Source: Trichomonas gallinae (Eukaryota). From it: a stretch of DNA of 54,216 nt. Position 1 is the first letter of the stretch; every line of letters begins with the position of its first letter. Location of the stretch: positions 1 through 54,216 of the forward strand of contig MRSU01002629.1 of the NCBI GenBank assembly GCA_008369845.1. The letters are read 5' to 3'. The translations under genes were made by a program, and so were the position numbers. This document shows, one piece after another, positions 1-10,900 of this stretch. Under the pieces are notes generated by a model that was not told where the DNA came from, did no database searches, and saw nothing but the letters and a program-made list of their open reading frames with translations.

Positions 1-156
1 ATTTGCGGACTCCCTGCTCGAGAACTGTCCAAATGTTGAGTTGTGATGAAATATGTTGACCCAAATTTGTCCATTTCTGTTGAATGTTTTATAACATTTT
101 ACTCTTTTTACACTTCCTTTATGATAATCAACAGGTGGACTGTCTATATATTTCAT
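1..156 (-). CDS. 5' part of a tandem paralog of the 575..1240 gene (runs off the window edge)
   Basis: 1..156 is nearly identical to 1085..1240 (few substitutions) and reads MKYIDSPPVDYHKGSVKRVKCY... on the minus strand. Similarity stops at the ATG. Confidence 0.8.
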   Translation of the reverse strand, partial: MKYIDSPPVDYHKGSVKRVKCYKTFNRNGQIWVNIFHHNSTFGQFSSRESAN

Positions 157-574
157 CAAATAGATAGCAATGCATTGATTACAACTTCATAAGTTTACAT
201 ATAGTGCAATGGATTAAGCATGAAACAAAACTGATTCTTTTTGCAGGCAGTAAAAGTGTCATAAAATCTTATTTCATATAATTATTAAATCCCTTTTTTA
301 ATGAAACAAAATCAATCGAAATTATAACAAACAAGATTGTTATATAACATTAAAAGATTATTTTAAGAAAATACCTGAAACATTAAAAAATACTCTCACA
401 TTCTATAATTGTTTCCTACAGTTTTATATTCATGCCTTTTCATCAAATTAGTGACAGATACTCCATGCAGCATTCATATATGGAGTTTTGCTAAGTTCAT
501 TCTTAACAAGACAGTCTTCCATTATGCTTCATCATAATGGCAAAATCTATGTTAAATATGATTCAACAAGAAAG

Positions 575-1240
575 CTATGATGGTATATCAGCATCTATTA
601 GAACTGCCGCTGCAGCACATAATAGTCCGCTTCCTAAACATGTAGATCTCATATTATTTGATGGTAAACAAATCCCGGGAAGAAATCTAATAAAAGAAAT
701 ATCTTTCAATCGGATCCAAAGATCAACATATTGGACACCATGCACATCAGTAGTCGGATATAAAGGAATCCAATTTCCATATCCTGTCGAAATGACTCCA
801 ACAGCATAATTCCAAGAATGATCACCTATGTCTCCTTTTAATACTGTTGAGTCAAGATGATAGCGGAGGCCACCAAATCTGTCCCATTTGCCAACTCTTT
901 CAATCCATGGATTTGATGGCAAAATTACTTGAGTTGTAAACAAAGTTTTCTGTCGCCATTCACAATATTGTGGAACTGTTGGATATTCAATAAGGAATTG
1001 GTAGAAATTTTCATTGTTTTCATTAATATAGAACTTTTCATCTATGAATTTTAAAACAGAAAATTTGTTAGGATCATATGATTCATTTGCGGACTCCCTA
1101 CTCGAGAACTGTCCAAATGTTGAGTTGTGATGAAATATGTTGACCCAAACTTGTCCATTTCTGTTGAATGTTTTATAACATTTTACTCTTTTTACACTTC
1201 CTTTATGATAATCAACAGGTGGATTGTCTATATATTTCAT
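575..1240 (-). CDS. Trichomonad multigene-family protein, possibly fibrinogen C-terminal-like fold
   Basis: 221-aa ORF with W-x-x-IFHHNS, KFSVL, FLIEYP, WRQ, FGGL, SWNYAVG and VDLWIR motifs. The adjacent duplicate supports coding status. The fold call is inference. Confidence 0.7.
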   Translation of the reverse strand: MKYIDNPPVDYHKGSVKRVKCYKTFNRNGQVWVNIFHHNSTFGQFSSRESANESYDPNKFSVLKFIDEKFYINENNENFYQFLIEYPTVPQYCEWRQKTLFTTQVILPSNPWIERVGKWDRFGGLRYHLDSTVLKGDIGDHSWNYAVGVISTGYGNWIPLYPTTDVHGVQYVDLWIRLKDISFIRFLPGICLPSNNMRSTCLGSGLLCAAAAVLIDADIPS

Positions 1241-1567
1241 TTAGTTCTCTATTATTCATAAGCTACAGTTGTATATGCTTGTAGACTATAGAGATTAATG
1301 AATTAAACATTTTGATGTTGTCAAAAGTGACAATTTTAAATTGAAGCTTTTATTCATTTAAAATGATAAGAAAGCGTAGAGCACTTAAGAGTGAATTGAT
1401 TTTTATTTGAAATAAAACAAATTTTTTATTTAATATCATTTTGGAATTGTTTCAAGTTCTAGGAGTAAATTTCTATTTATGCATATATCTTTTTCTCTCT
1501 AAAATTTGTTGTAAATTTATTAATATGATTTTTGATAGTAATTTTCTAACAGATAATATGTAGTATA

Positions 1568-1891
1568 TCACTGAGATATTTCTTTTGTAAGCATTACAAG
1601 CGATATTGGGCGATTTCCTTTATTTGATAAATAAACCGATTGAGAAGTTGACCAGATAACTTTCATTGGCTTGGAATAATCATTTCTAAACAGCTTGCAT
1701 AATACTTGGGACTCATCCCAAGTTTCAGAAGTCAATATTCCGTGACATTCTTCATCAGAATCTGTTTTAACAGCCATAGAAACATGTGTGAGTACGACTA
1801 CTTTGCCAGAATGCTTTGACCATGAATCATAAGGCCTCAAAATTATGACTTCTGTCTTCCACTTGTCTTCCATTTCATCATCAGAGCTCAT
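1568..1891 (-). CDS. Small protein, possible nucleoplasmin-like (NPL) domain
   Basis: 107-aa ORF with higher GC than its flanks. The segments LTHVSMA, QVLCKL and GNRPISL resemble NPL beta-sandwich strands (inference). Confidence 0.6.
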   Translation of the reverse strand: MSSDDEMEDKWKTEVIILRPYDSWSKHSGKVVVLTHVSMAVKTDSDEECHGILTSETWDESQVLCKLFRNDYSKPMKVIWSTSQSVYLSNKGNRPISLVMLTKEISQ

Positions 1892-1906
1892 TTTGAATTT
1901 GACTAC

Positions 1907-2002
1907 TGACGCTTTACAAAAGCATTTGACAGTTTACAAATAATTATCTGACCCTTTACAAAATATTTTGACCCTTTACAAGTATTATTTGACATATTAC
2001 AT
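1907..2002. promoter_or_regulatory. Array of five TGACnn(T/A)TTACA motifs, 20-22 bp period
   Basis: Copies at 1907, 1927, 1949, 1969 and 1990, immediately upstream of the minus-strand ATG at 1891. Confidence 0.65.
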
Positions 2003-2182
2003 CGAATAATTGTCAAAAATATTATTGGCATTAAATAACTTGAAATCTTATATTTTTATGTTGTATTGATCATATTTATTAAGATATTCTAGATTTTCGT
2101 TTTTGATAAAAAAAATTAAATTTGATTTTTTGATCTATGCCTGAGAAATAAGAAGTAATAAATTAATGGAAAGAAAAACAAT

Positions 2183-5100
2183 TTATTTAGTAAACAAAAC
2201 ATCTGCATCTCTGCAGAAATTAACAAGAATCGTCTCAAACTCAGTTCCGTCGATTCTCTTATCGGATGCTTTCTCACGTGCTTCCTCAAGCATCATTCTT
2301 GACTGAATATCAACTTCTACCTTTATCATCATATCTATGTCAGAATATCTATCTCTTTCGCTCTCTAACTCGTTGCATGGCGCTGTACTCCTTGTTATAA
2401 GCGAAATAGCTGCAATAGTTTCGAAAAGAGGTTTCTCTAAGTCGCCGATATCGGATTCATCTTCCCTGGGATGAGCTTTTTCGAATGCAGCTGCGGCATC
2501 TTTAGCTTTCTGCGCAACAAAATGCTTGATTCGGCCATCAAAGCACATTTTTGTCAAAAGATTTAATGCTTTGATTCGAACTTCTTGATCTATGTCACAA
2601 ACAGCATTGATTGTTGCGAGAACAGTCTTTTCTTCGTGATTTTCCAATGCAAAGACTTTTCTAAGCGAAAGCATGTCCGCAATTGCATCGAAAGCAACAC
2701 ATCTCATTGCTTTGCCAATATCTACTTTAACTGATCCGAATGCGATGTCTTCTATTACAATATGTTTCGTTTCATCGAATTTTGAGCAGGAAAGAATCAA
2801 ATCTATATTTTGAATTATATTATTTCTGCAATCATCGAATTTGAATGCGTGTTTGAGGAATGTGAGGATGTGAGTGGAGATAATAGGTTCTGCTGAGTTG
2901 AGAAGTGTGATTATATCTTCTATTATTGAAACAATTGAAACTGAATTTTTCTCATCGCGGCAGAAAATCGATAAAGCAAGTGCTGCCATCTCTGAATTCT
3001 GTGAGTTCTCTTTGACAATGGTGACGAGCTTGCTTAAAAGCTCAACAGGGCTATGATATTTTTCCGAAAGTGCAGAAAGCGATTCAGCAACTAAAAGTTG
3101 GTTCTCCTTTTTATGCTCTCTGTCTTTAAGGAGGTAATCAAACAATTGGATGATTTTTTCGGGATTTTTAATGCGAGTTGCACATCCATGAATTGCTGGA
3201 AGCAGAAGACTAAAACTCTTAGGACTTTTGAGGATCATGTCAAAAGCCTTTTCGCCTTTTGAAGCAATTATGCCGAAACAACATGATGCTGAATAAGATA
3301 ATTTTCTAGGAAGGGAAGGGTCAACAAATGATGAAATTTTTACAAGGTACGGGTCTCCTGGATTATTAGTTGCTGAAAGAACTTCGCCCATCACAAACAT
3401 TGTCATTGGATTTTGATTTTGATCGAAAAATTCAATCGTAAATTTAGCAATTTCGCTGCTGCTTGATGCCGCTGATCCAATCAAGACGGCAATCTGCATG
3501 AGCAATTTATCATCTAATTCGGTAGAATCCAATTCGAAAATATTTTTAATTGATTTTATAATTAATTCTGCATTGTTTGGGTTTGTAGCAAGATTCCCTA
3601 GTAGTTTGCAACAAGAATTCAATAATTCTGAAGGAACAACTTCATGTGAAAGATAATTTAAAAATTTTTCGCCGAAAAAATTAAAAATATCAAGATCTGC
3701 TAGATCCGATAGTAACTCTATTGCTGTTACTCTAGATTTCCCGTCTGTTTTCATGCCAGAATTGTAAATTTGTTCGATATAATTTAAGAATACACTTTTT
3801 TCGACTAATTTGACTTCTAGCATCTTCTTTAGTAAAAACAAGGATCTATGTATCAACTGCTGATCTCCTGTCCCCAGATTTTTAACAATCGAGTCAATAA
3901 AATAACTTTCTTCATTTTTCAAGAAATCATGATTCTCTGAACATACTATTACCATTAAAGCGAATGTTGTTGCCTTTTTGATCATAATTTGATCAGATAT
4001 CGATTTTTTAAGAAGATCGATTAATTTATTGTCTTTTATCTTGTAGATAGAATTGAAAAATGCGAAAGAAATTATTGAGTTGGATATCTTCAACTGGTTC
4101 TGTAGCTGCGAGCAAACTGCTTCATTTAGCGATTTTGTTGTTTCATTTAATTGATATTGTTTGTAGAAGCTCGCTGCTAGTTCTATGGCCGTCGTAGAGT
4201 TTTTAATGTTGTTACATTTAATTATTCCTTGAAGTTCTGTACTAATTAACGCGATTATTTTTTCTGAGCACTTTGTTGGCCCATTTATCAAAGATCTGCA
4301 TAATTCTATCATTGCACCATCTATTAAATCTGAAATTGGACAGCTTATTCCGTTAAAAACGTTTTGTAGATTTGGTAATCCTGAAATATCAATGGTTTTG
4401 GCTATTTCTGATATCGTAAGTAGGTAATTTATGCAATTTTGGTCTGTTGATTTGACTGAGTTGCAAACAATCTTAACCCAATCGTATAATAACGAAATTT
4501 TCGTTCCGTATGTTTTTACGATCATTGTAAGTAAGTCGAGAATATCTTTCTTAACACCAGGATCAGTGTCACCTAGTGCAACAGTAAAATGGTGAGAATT
4601 TTCGTCGATTTGAAATTTTTCGAAAAAAACTTTTGGAAAAACCGAAATTAGAGTTGTTCCGAGACGAATTGCGCTTTTCCTTATTTTCCACGACTCTTCA
4701 TCGTCGAATCCATTTTCTCCATCGAATACAAATCCGTTATCTGAGTCTTCCATGTCGCTATCGATTTCTAACATTATCCCTTCGTCGCTGTCCTCGTCTA
4801 TGCTGCCGATGGACTCGACGATGTTGTAATCTATGTGTGTGAAAAATATATTGAATAAATTATCGATTTCTGACGTACTTTGTTCAGGAAATGCTTGTAC
4901 AAGATTTGCTAGTGCTTCAACGGACCCTTGTATCCTCTTTATTGAATCAGAATCGGCGATTTCAGGAGATGCGATATCTTCCTCCTCATTTCCTGTTTCT
5001 TGTTGTTTCATTTCTGTATCTATCTGCGAATTTTCGTAAAATAATTTGTATAATTGGTCGAAAAACTTTTCAAGAGGCTTCTGTATTGTCATTATTATCG

Positions 5101-5821
5101 CTGTAAGCATTGATAAAGTAATTGGCGAGCTTTTATTTTGGTCATTGAGTAAGTATTCAACTAGTTTGTCAATTGATGATTGAGATGCGTATCTACTCCA
5201 TTCCTTCGTCAAATTCGAAAGTGATCTCATTTGTGGCTTGATTTCTTTGACGCGTTCAGGTTTTAGGTAATACAAGATCTTATCGAGCAGCTCATTCAGC
5301 TGTTTTTCAGTTGCAAGCGAGCCTAAATTTTCAATTAAGCTTGTTAGCAATTCTAGTGTAAATGTGAGGTTATCATCAAGCTGGATGACCATACTACGCA
5401 TGCACTCACCGAAGAAGTAAGTAAAAATTTCCTCATTTCGCTGGCTTTCGTAAAAACTGTGATTTGTTAAAATTTCTTTCAATAACGACAAAAGCTGCGG
5501 TCTGATGTCTCCATTTTCCTGTGACATGTCCAGAATTCGTCTGAAAATGATCCTAATTTTGTCCACGTTATAATATTGTGATAATAAAACTATCGATCGA
5601 TAAGATGCTTCGATTAGATCGATTTTCTTGCTGTAGACTCTCGAAAGGATGTTTTCAAGAAACCATTCGTCGCAGTTTGGTGTCACGAAAATTTCATGTG
5701 GGGGCTTTTCGAGCATTTTGATTAATTTGTCGAGCTCGATAACGGCGAAGTCCTCGTCCGGATTACTCAGCTGAGCAAGGAATTTACTCACGTCGATTTT
5801 GTTTGATAAAATCCCGCTCAT
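2183..5821 (-). CDS. CAND1: Cullin-associated NEDD8-dissociated protein 1 (CAND1/TIP120), divergent HEAT-repeat protein
   Basis: N-terminal LAQLSNPDEDF (cf. LEKMTSSDKDF); acidic loop followed by DDEESWKIRKSA (cf. DDMSWKVRRAA); C-terminal hairpin FGSVKVDIGKAMRCVAFD (cf. GPFKHTVDDGLDIRKAAFE); about 1212 aa. Start moved to the first ATG at 5821. Confidence 0.85.
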   Translation of the reverse strand: MSGILSNKIDVSKFLAQLSNPDEDFAVIELDKLIKMLEKPPHEIFVTPNCDEWFLENILSRVYSKKIDLIEASYRSIVLLSQYYNVDKIRIIFRRILDMSQENGDIRPQLLSLLKEILTNHSFYESQRNEEIFTYFFGECMRSMVIQLDDNLTFTLELLTSLIENLGSLATEKQLNELLDKILYYLKPERVKEIKPQMRSLSNLTKEWSRYASQSSIDKLVEYLLNDQNKSSPITLSMLTAIIMTIQKPLEKFFDQLYKLFYENSQIDTEMKQQETGNEEEDIASPEIADSDSIKRIQGSVEALANLVQAFPEQSTSEIDNLFNIFFTHIDYNIVESIGSIDEDSDEGIMLEIDSDMEDSDNGFVFDGENGFDDEESWKIRKSAIRLGTTLISVFPKVFFEKFQIDENSHHFTVALGDTDPGVKKDILDLLTMIVKTYGTKISLLYDWVKIVCNSVKSTDQNCINYLLTISEIAKTIDISGLPNLQNVFNGISCPISDLIDGAMIELCRSLINGPTKCSEKIIALISTELQGIIKCNNIKNSTTAIELAASFYKQYQLNETTKSLNEAVCSQLQNQLKISNSIISFAFFNSIYKIKDNKLIDLLKKSISDQIMIKKATTFALMVIVCSENHDFLKNEESYFIDSIVKNLGTGDQQLIHRSLFLLKKMLEVKLVEKSVFLNYIEQIYNSGMKTDGKSRVTAIELLSDLADLDIFNFFGEKFLNYLSHEVVPSELLNSCCKLLGNLATNPNNAELIIKSIKNIFELDSTELDDKLLMQIAVLIGSAASSSSEIAKFTIEFFDQNQNPMTMFVMGEVLSATNNPGDPYLVKISSFVDPSLPRKLSYSASCCFGIIASKGEKAFDMILKSPKSFSLLLPAIHGCATRIKNPEKIIQLFDYLLKDREHKKENQLLVAESLSALSEKYHSPVELLSKLVTIVKENSQNSEMAALALSIFCRDEKNSVSIVSIIEDIITLLNSAEPIISTHILTFLKHAFKFDDCRNNIIQNIDLILSCSKFDETKHIVIEDIAFGSVKVDIGKAMRCVAFDAIADMLSLRKVFALENHEEKTVLATINAVCDIDQEVRIKALNLLTKMCFDGRIKHFVAQKAKDAAAAFEKAHPREDESDIGDLEKPLFETIAAISLITRSTAPCNELESERDRYSDIDMMIKVEVDIQSRMMLEEAREKASDKRIDGTEFETILVNFCRDADVLFTK

Positions 5822-5838
5822 ACCAAAAGTCTGATAGG

Positions 5839-5865
5839 CAGGGGTTGGTAAAATAAAGCAGGGGT
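5839..5865 (-). promoter_or_regulatory. Paired CCCCTG motif, 20-bp spacing
   Basis: GGGG at 5841 and 5861; minus strand reads ACCCCTGCTTTATTTTACCAACCCCTG, just upstream of the CAND1 ATG. Confidence 0.55.
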
Positions 5866-6689
5866 AACCCGTATGTGTAAAGTATTCAATTATTTGGGAA
5901 ATTCCGGATAAAATACACCTATAATTTAACTTCAAAAATTATGTATTTTAAGATTATATAATAATTATTGTATCTTTTTTCGCAATCTAGAAAAAAAAAA
6001 TTATCAAAATTTCGAATTTTTATTTGATCTTTTTTCATAAATACCCTAATAATCCATTATTTTATAATGATTATAATAATATATTTCATTATCAGAACTT
6101 GTTTTTTATAGAAAAAGTCGGTTTTAGGGATGATGCTGGAAGTAGTTTTTTTTTATCGTCATACAATTTTCAATGCGGAAAAACGATCAATGATTTAGAA
6201 TCATATCATTATTATGTGGCAGCCAAACCTCTGGGACATTTTATATCATCATCCAATTCTCTAAATCAAAAACAATCATTCCAAAATGGACGAATATGAT
6301 TTAAATTTTACAATGTCGGATAGAAAATGATCCCGCTATCATGATAGCAATATGGCAATATAATATACTACATCTATAGAGCCTATAATAATGATATATA
6401 CGAATATTTGACTTATTTTAAGCTAATTTATTCAATTTTTTAAAAAATTAACTTAAATATGTCTATAATTTGGTATTATTGATTAAGTATGATATTACTA
6501 ATTGAATACTAGATTCGTTGGCTTCGATTATTAGGAAATAAATATTAAAATAAATAATTTCGGTTAATTTAGTTGAAATAACAAGAAAATTTACTAGTAA
6601 CAAAAATTAATACGTGTATGATTGCTGTTTTTTGATAATCTTAACTAAACGAATTATGAATTTGTAACAAATTGAAATAATGCTAAGAT

Positions 6690-6908
6690 TTAGAGCTTGA
6701 AGTACGCTAAAGAAATTAAAAATATAAATAGAACTAGGAATGGTATTAAAAATATATGTTCAATAGTCAATGTCGTCATATCTCGCTTAAATGAGAGAAC
6801 ATGAAGAGAAAGCGACTCATCAATCGCGTTTTCTAATGTATTTATTTTACATTCTGTTGTTGGTTCCTTCTTTTGAGTTTTTCTTTCTGTTCTTGTTTTT
6901 CCACTCAT
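6690..6908 (-). CDS. 72-aa putative tail-anchored microprotein
   Basis: Charged N-terminus and a single C-terminal hydrophobic helix (IFLIPFLVLFIFLISLAYF). The stop lies in TAAA context and AAAAGTGAC lies just upstream. Confidence 0.55.
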   Translation of the reverse strand: MSGKTRTERKTQKKEPTTECKINTLENAIDESLSLHVLSFKRDMTTLTIEHIFLIPFLVLFIFLISLAYFKL

Positions 6909-6954
6909 ATATTTAATCTTGTCACTTTTTGATATTATGTCAAAAATAAATTAA

Positions 6955-7043
6955 TTTACATGACATTTTTAATTTTACTTGTCATATTTTAATTTTGTCA
7001 AAAATATAATTATTTACGTGGCATTTTATGAATTTACTTGTCA
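6955..7043 (+). promoter_or_regulatory. TTTACnTGnCA motif cluster in a head-to-head promoter
   Basis: TTTACATGACA at 6955, TTTACTTGTCA at 6974, TTTACGTGGCA at 7013, TTTACTTGTCA at 7033. Confidence 0.65.
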
Positions 7044-7063
7044 TTATTTTAACAGATTGTAAA

Positions 7064-7486
7064 ATGATAGAAGTTGATCCAAATGAAATTAAAGCGCTTA
7101 ATGAATGGAACTGCGCGATGCTAAATAAACGAAGGAACAGAGTTTTAAAGTGCAGAGTCTTCACTGCTTGGAAACAAGTCGCAATTGAAGATTTAAACAC
7201 TAATTCAAAAGAAGAATCGTCCATTTCTCAGAGAAATACATCATTCAAGAGTATTGCATCAAACTCATCACAAAATATTGCGTTTTCAAGAACAAATCGA
7301 ACAACTGAAGCTCTTCAAGCTGAACTAAACTCATTATTAAATGAGCAAGCTGAATTAGAGAGTGCAACAGCTCAAATAAGAGCAACTCTTAAGAATTTAC
7401 CAAGGTCAGGTTCAACTTACAGATCATCTGCTTATTCAACAACTACACCATCATTCTCTACTACAGGCAGAACAAGATATATTTAA
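7064..7486 (+). CDS. Small coiled-coil protein with one Sfi1-like (centrin-binding) repeat
   Basis: AMLNKRRNRVLKCRVFTAWK approximates the Sfi1 consensus A-x7-LL-x3-F-x2-WK, followed by a heptad segment. Start taken at the ATG at 7064, after a TCATT Inr-like site. Confidence 0.7.
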   Translation: MIEVDPNEIKALNEWNCAMLNKRRNRVLKCRVFTAWKQVAIEDLNTNSKEESSISQRNTSFKSIASNSSQNIAFSRTNRTTEALQAELNSLLNEQAELESATAQIRATLKNLPRSGSTYRSSAYSTTTPSFSTTGRTRYI

Positions 7487-7905
7487 TTTTGTTACTAATT
7501 TCTTTTGTTTTTCAATTCATAAAATATTCAAAACGTTTTGTGTCTTTATACAACAAATCTATTACAAAAATCATATTTGCTAGCAAATATATACCATAAA
7601 TATTCTTTATATTTTCATATAATCAACATATAAAATTTTCATTTAATAAATTTGAGTGATGAATGAGTGTAAAGCAAGAAATTTTCTATATTACTGCTTT
7701 TAAAGATAAAAAACATGAAGAGATATAATTCTCACGTTTTTATAAAAATTATTTCAAAATCGCAAATTTTTCTTATGATATAAGCATTGATTCTCTCACC
7801 ATCTTCAAGAGTTGCAAAGTTTGGCGGAAATATTATAGTAAATTCTATATATAAATGAAATCTTTTTTACAAACTTTCATAAAAAAATAAAATAAATGAT
7901 TAAAC

Positions 7906-10900
7906 TTATCCACCGAGTTGTGCGAATGCCTCTATAGAAAGCAGGAAGTCTGATGCTGTTGCTTCCTGTCTCTGGAAGAGCTCCTGCTTCACGATTGGTG
8001 TCGGGAGCTCCTTGACCTGGATTGTTGGTGTTGCCTGCATCATGTTGAGGACAGTAGTCTTCGAGTTCGCGAATAACAAGCCTCTGGCGATGGAGCAAGA
8101 AGATGACATCCTCTTGATTCTCGTCCTCGATGAGCCTGTTGTGTCTTCAGCGCGCTTGAGGCCGACGAACATTTCGTGCTGTGTAGAGAATGGAGTAATC
8201 TTTGGCGGATTCTCTTGTGAAATGATGCCTCTGAGCTGAGGGATCTGGCTGCAAGAAGTAATAGCGCACTGATCTCTGTTGTCAGACACAAGTGCGGAGA
8301 TCTTCTTCGCAAGCTCAGCGAACGTGTGTCCGTTCTCGCTTTCAACGGACTGTGTCGCTGTTGCGATTGATGGATCGAGGGCAGTGATGAGCATGATGTA
8401 GTTAATAGCAGACCTGAACTGAGAAACTTTTGTAAGTGCGACAACGTAGACTTGGTGGAGGATTGCAGCTGGGATGCAGTCACCGAATCTTCTCGCGAGC
8501 TCTGTAGAAACATCGAGGATGGCGTCAACGAGTGGCTGACCAGCATTGCGGAGCATCTCGATGAAGAACTTCAGTACAACTGTGCAGTGAAGTGAGTCGA
8601 ATGGTGTCGCCATAATGCTTTCGTATGTATAACCGAAGTCGACGAATGGAAGAGAGTGTTTGATGAATGGTGCAGCAATAAGCAAAGCTTCTGGTGCACT
8701 GTTTAAGTCAGCGATGTCTTTGAGAAGTTCCTGGGCTTCAGCTTCACACTCAAGAACTGGCGCGAACGGTGTGAAAGCTTCGATGAGGAGCTCTTTGGCT
8801 GATGCTGCCATTGCTGTATCGAATGCGCAGTACTTGAAGATTGGCATTGCACGCTTTAAGAACTGGTCACCGATCTCCTTGAAGTGCAAGCATTCAGAGG
8901 CGAAGTTGAACGCGATTGGCGTGATCTCTGGGTTATCAATGTTGTTGTACAATATGCCGAAGCACTCGCCAATGAAGTTCGCCAAGTCCTTGGAATCTTC
9001 TGGCTTGCAGTGAGAAACGTGATAAGCTGCAGCGTCAATCAAAATTGGCGCGTAAGTTGGCAAGAACTCACCTCTCAATGCGTTGAAGACAACCAATGAA
9101 CGTGTGGCGGCCTTGATGTCATTGCAGCAGACACCCCACTTGAAGGCTTCCTGAGACCATTGCTGGTTTGCAGCTGGAGCGATTTCGTGTAAACCTTCTG
9201 CGATCTTTGATGCGACTTCTCCAACATTAATAGCTCCACCTTCTAAGTCAGGTGTCAGCTGCAAGACACTGTCGGCGAATTCTGGCTCGAAAACAGAAAT
9301 CAAATCTTCGAAAAAGTTGTAAGACTTCTCGATGAATAACAGTGTGAAGTGGATAACAGTTGTGTAATGCAATTCAACGAGGTCTTCTGTGCCGACGTAG
9401 TCAGTGAATGCGCGTGTGAGAACTGGGAGGATCCACATGATACTGTTAATATTCTGGTTCTGCTCTGTCTGCAAGAAATACCAGAATGAGAACGAGCATC
9501 TCTTTGCCAAATATTTAGTGATGAGCTGTGGATTCCTTTCGAGCTGCTGGCTGAAGATTCTCTCTTTGATCGCCATGTCTTCGAACTCGAAGATGCAGAG
9601 TAAGACAACAATTGAGTTATCTGCGATCTTAAGGAGCTCGTACCATAACTGGCTGAAAACTTCGTGCTGCTCTTCGTTGATGTACTTGGATACATCTGAC
9701 ATCGCCCTCAAGAATGAGATAACATTGAATCTGCGGAACTTAGATGGAATTCCCTGGATGATGTGTTTGTTTGTTGGAAGAACTCTGATCTGAGAGAACC
9801 ACATCACGAGAATTGCGACGATGTTCTTGACTGTTGTAACGAGTTTAGTTGACTTCATGATTTCAAAGCCAGCTTCAATGACTTGTTCAGCAGCAAAGTT
9901 GAACATAACCGGCACGAAGTCTAAGTTCTTCGCGTTCTGGATAATGTTCTGTACATCGCTGTTTGTCGCCTGATCAATAAACAAGTCAGCAATTGTTACC
10001 AAGATTGGCTTAGCTGGCTCTGGATTGTCTCTGCCCCAGAACTGTGTCAAAAGCAGCAAAGAACCAACATGTGCCTGCATTAACTGTGCTTCGGCGCAAA
10101 CATCGAATGAGCTCAAAACTGCTTCGAAGAAAAGTGAAGATTCTCTTCTTGGCCTGATGAAAATCTGGCGGACGAATATGTCGAACATCAAGTCGAAGTG
10201 ATAAAGAAGGACAGAAGACAAGACATCATAGCCTGCTATCTGGCATTCGGCCATAATCTCGAGCATTGGCAACTCGAATTCGAAGCCATCAGTAAAAATC
10301 TGTCCGGCCTTCATTATAGGAATCAAAGCGTTGACTGAGTAGCACCTGACTTTGTTCTCCTTGTCTTCAAGCTGGCACCAGTGGTACAAGAACTGGACGA
10401 TGATCTGACGTGTAGCGACTGGCCACTCTTCCTCAGGAATCTGGTCGAGAATGTTGTTGAAAACTGCAGCGATGATGATACAGTAATTAACTGCTGTGTC
10501 TTCATGCTTCTTTAGTAATTTGATGTGGGCATCATCCCATATTATCTGTCTTGGTCCGTTGACACCGTTTGACGCGAAGTGTGTCTGAAGCATGGAGAGG
10601 AATTCTATGAACGGCCTGAAGCATGCTGTCAATATATGAGAGAAGTTGTTTGGCATCTGGATAATGAATGCCATTGTTGATGCTGTGAGTGTGATTAACT
10701 CTGGTGGGAAGTTCCTGATATATAGTAAATTGCCTATCAACACTCTCCAGTTGAAGTGCTTCATTGCTTTGATGACGATCTTCGCTGAATCCTTTGGCGC
10801 TTTGAGTGACTCATTGAAGAAGTGATCTACTGTTTTGTCTCTGAATTGAACTGGCTCTAAATCAGGATCGCGTGCGAATGTGTTGAAGAACATCACTAAT

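Noticed and set aside
1907..2002. Short periodic repeats as a CRISPR array
   Set aside because: Eukaryotic context, repeats only about 12 bp with about 8-bp spacers, and no cas genes.
5822..5935. N-terminal extensions from TTG/GTG or upstream ATG starts in the ORF track (also 25043, 26455, 34853, 16886, 19450)
   Set aside because: Non-ATG starts or AT-rich promoter DNA. Protein-like sequence and Inr position favour the downstream ATGs.
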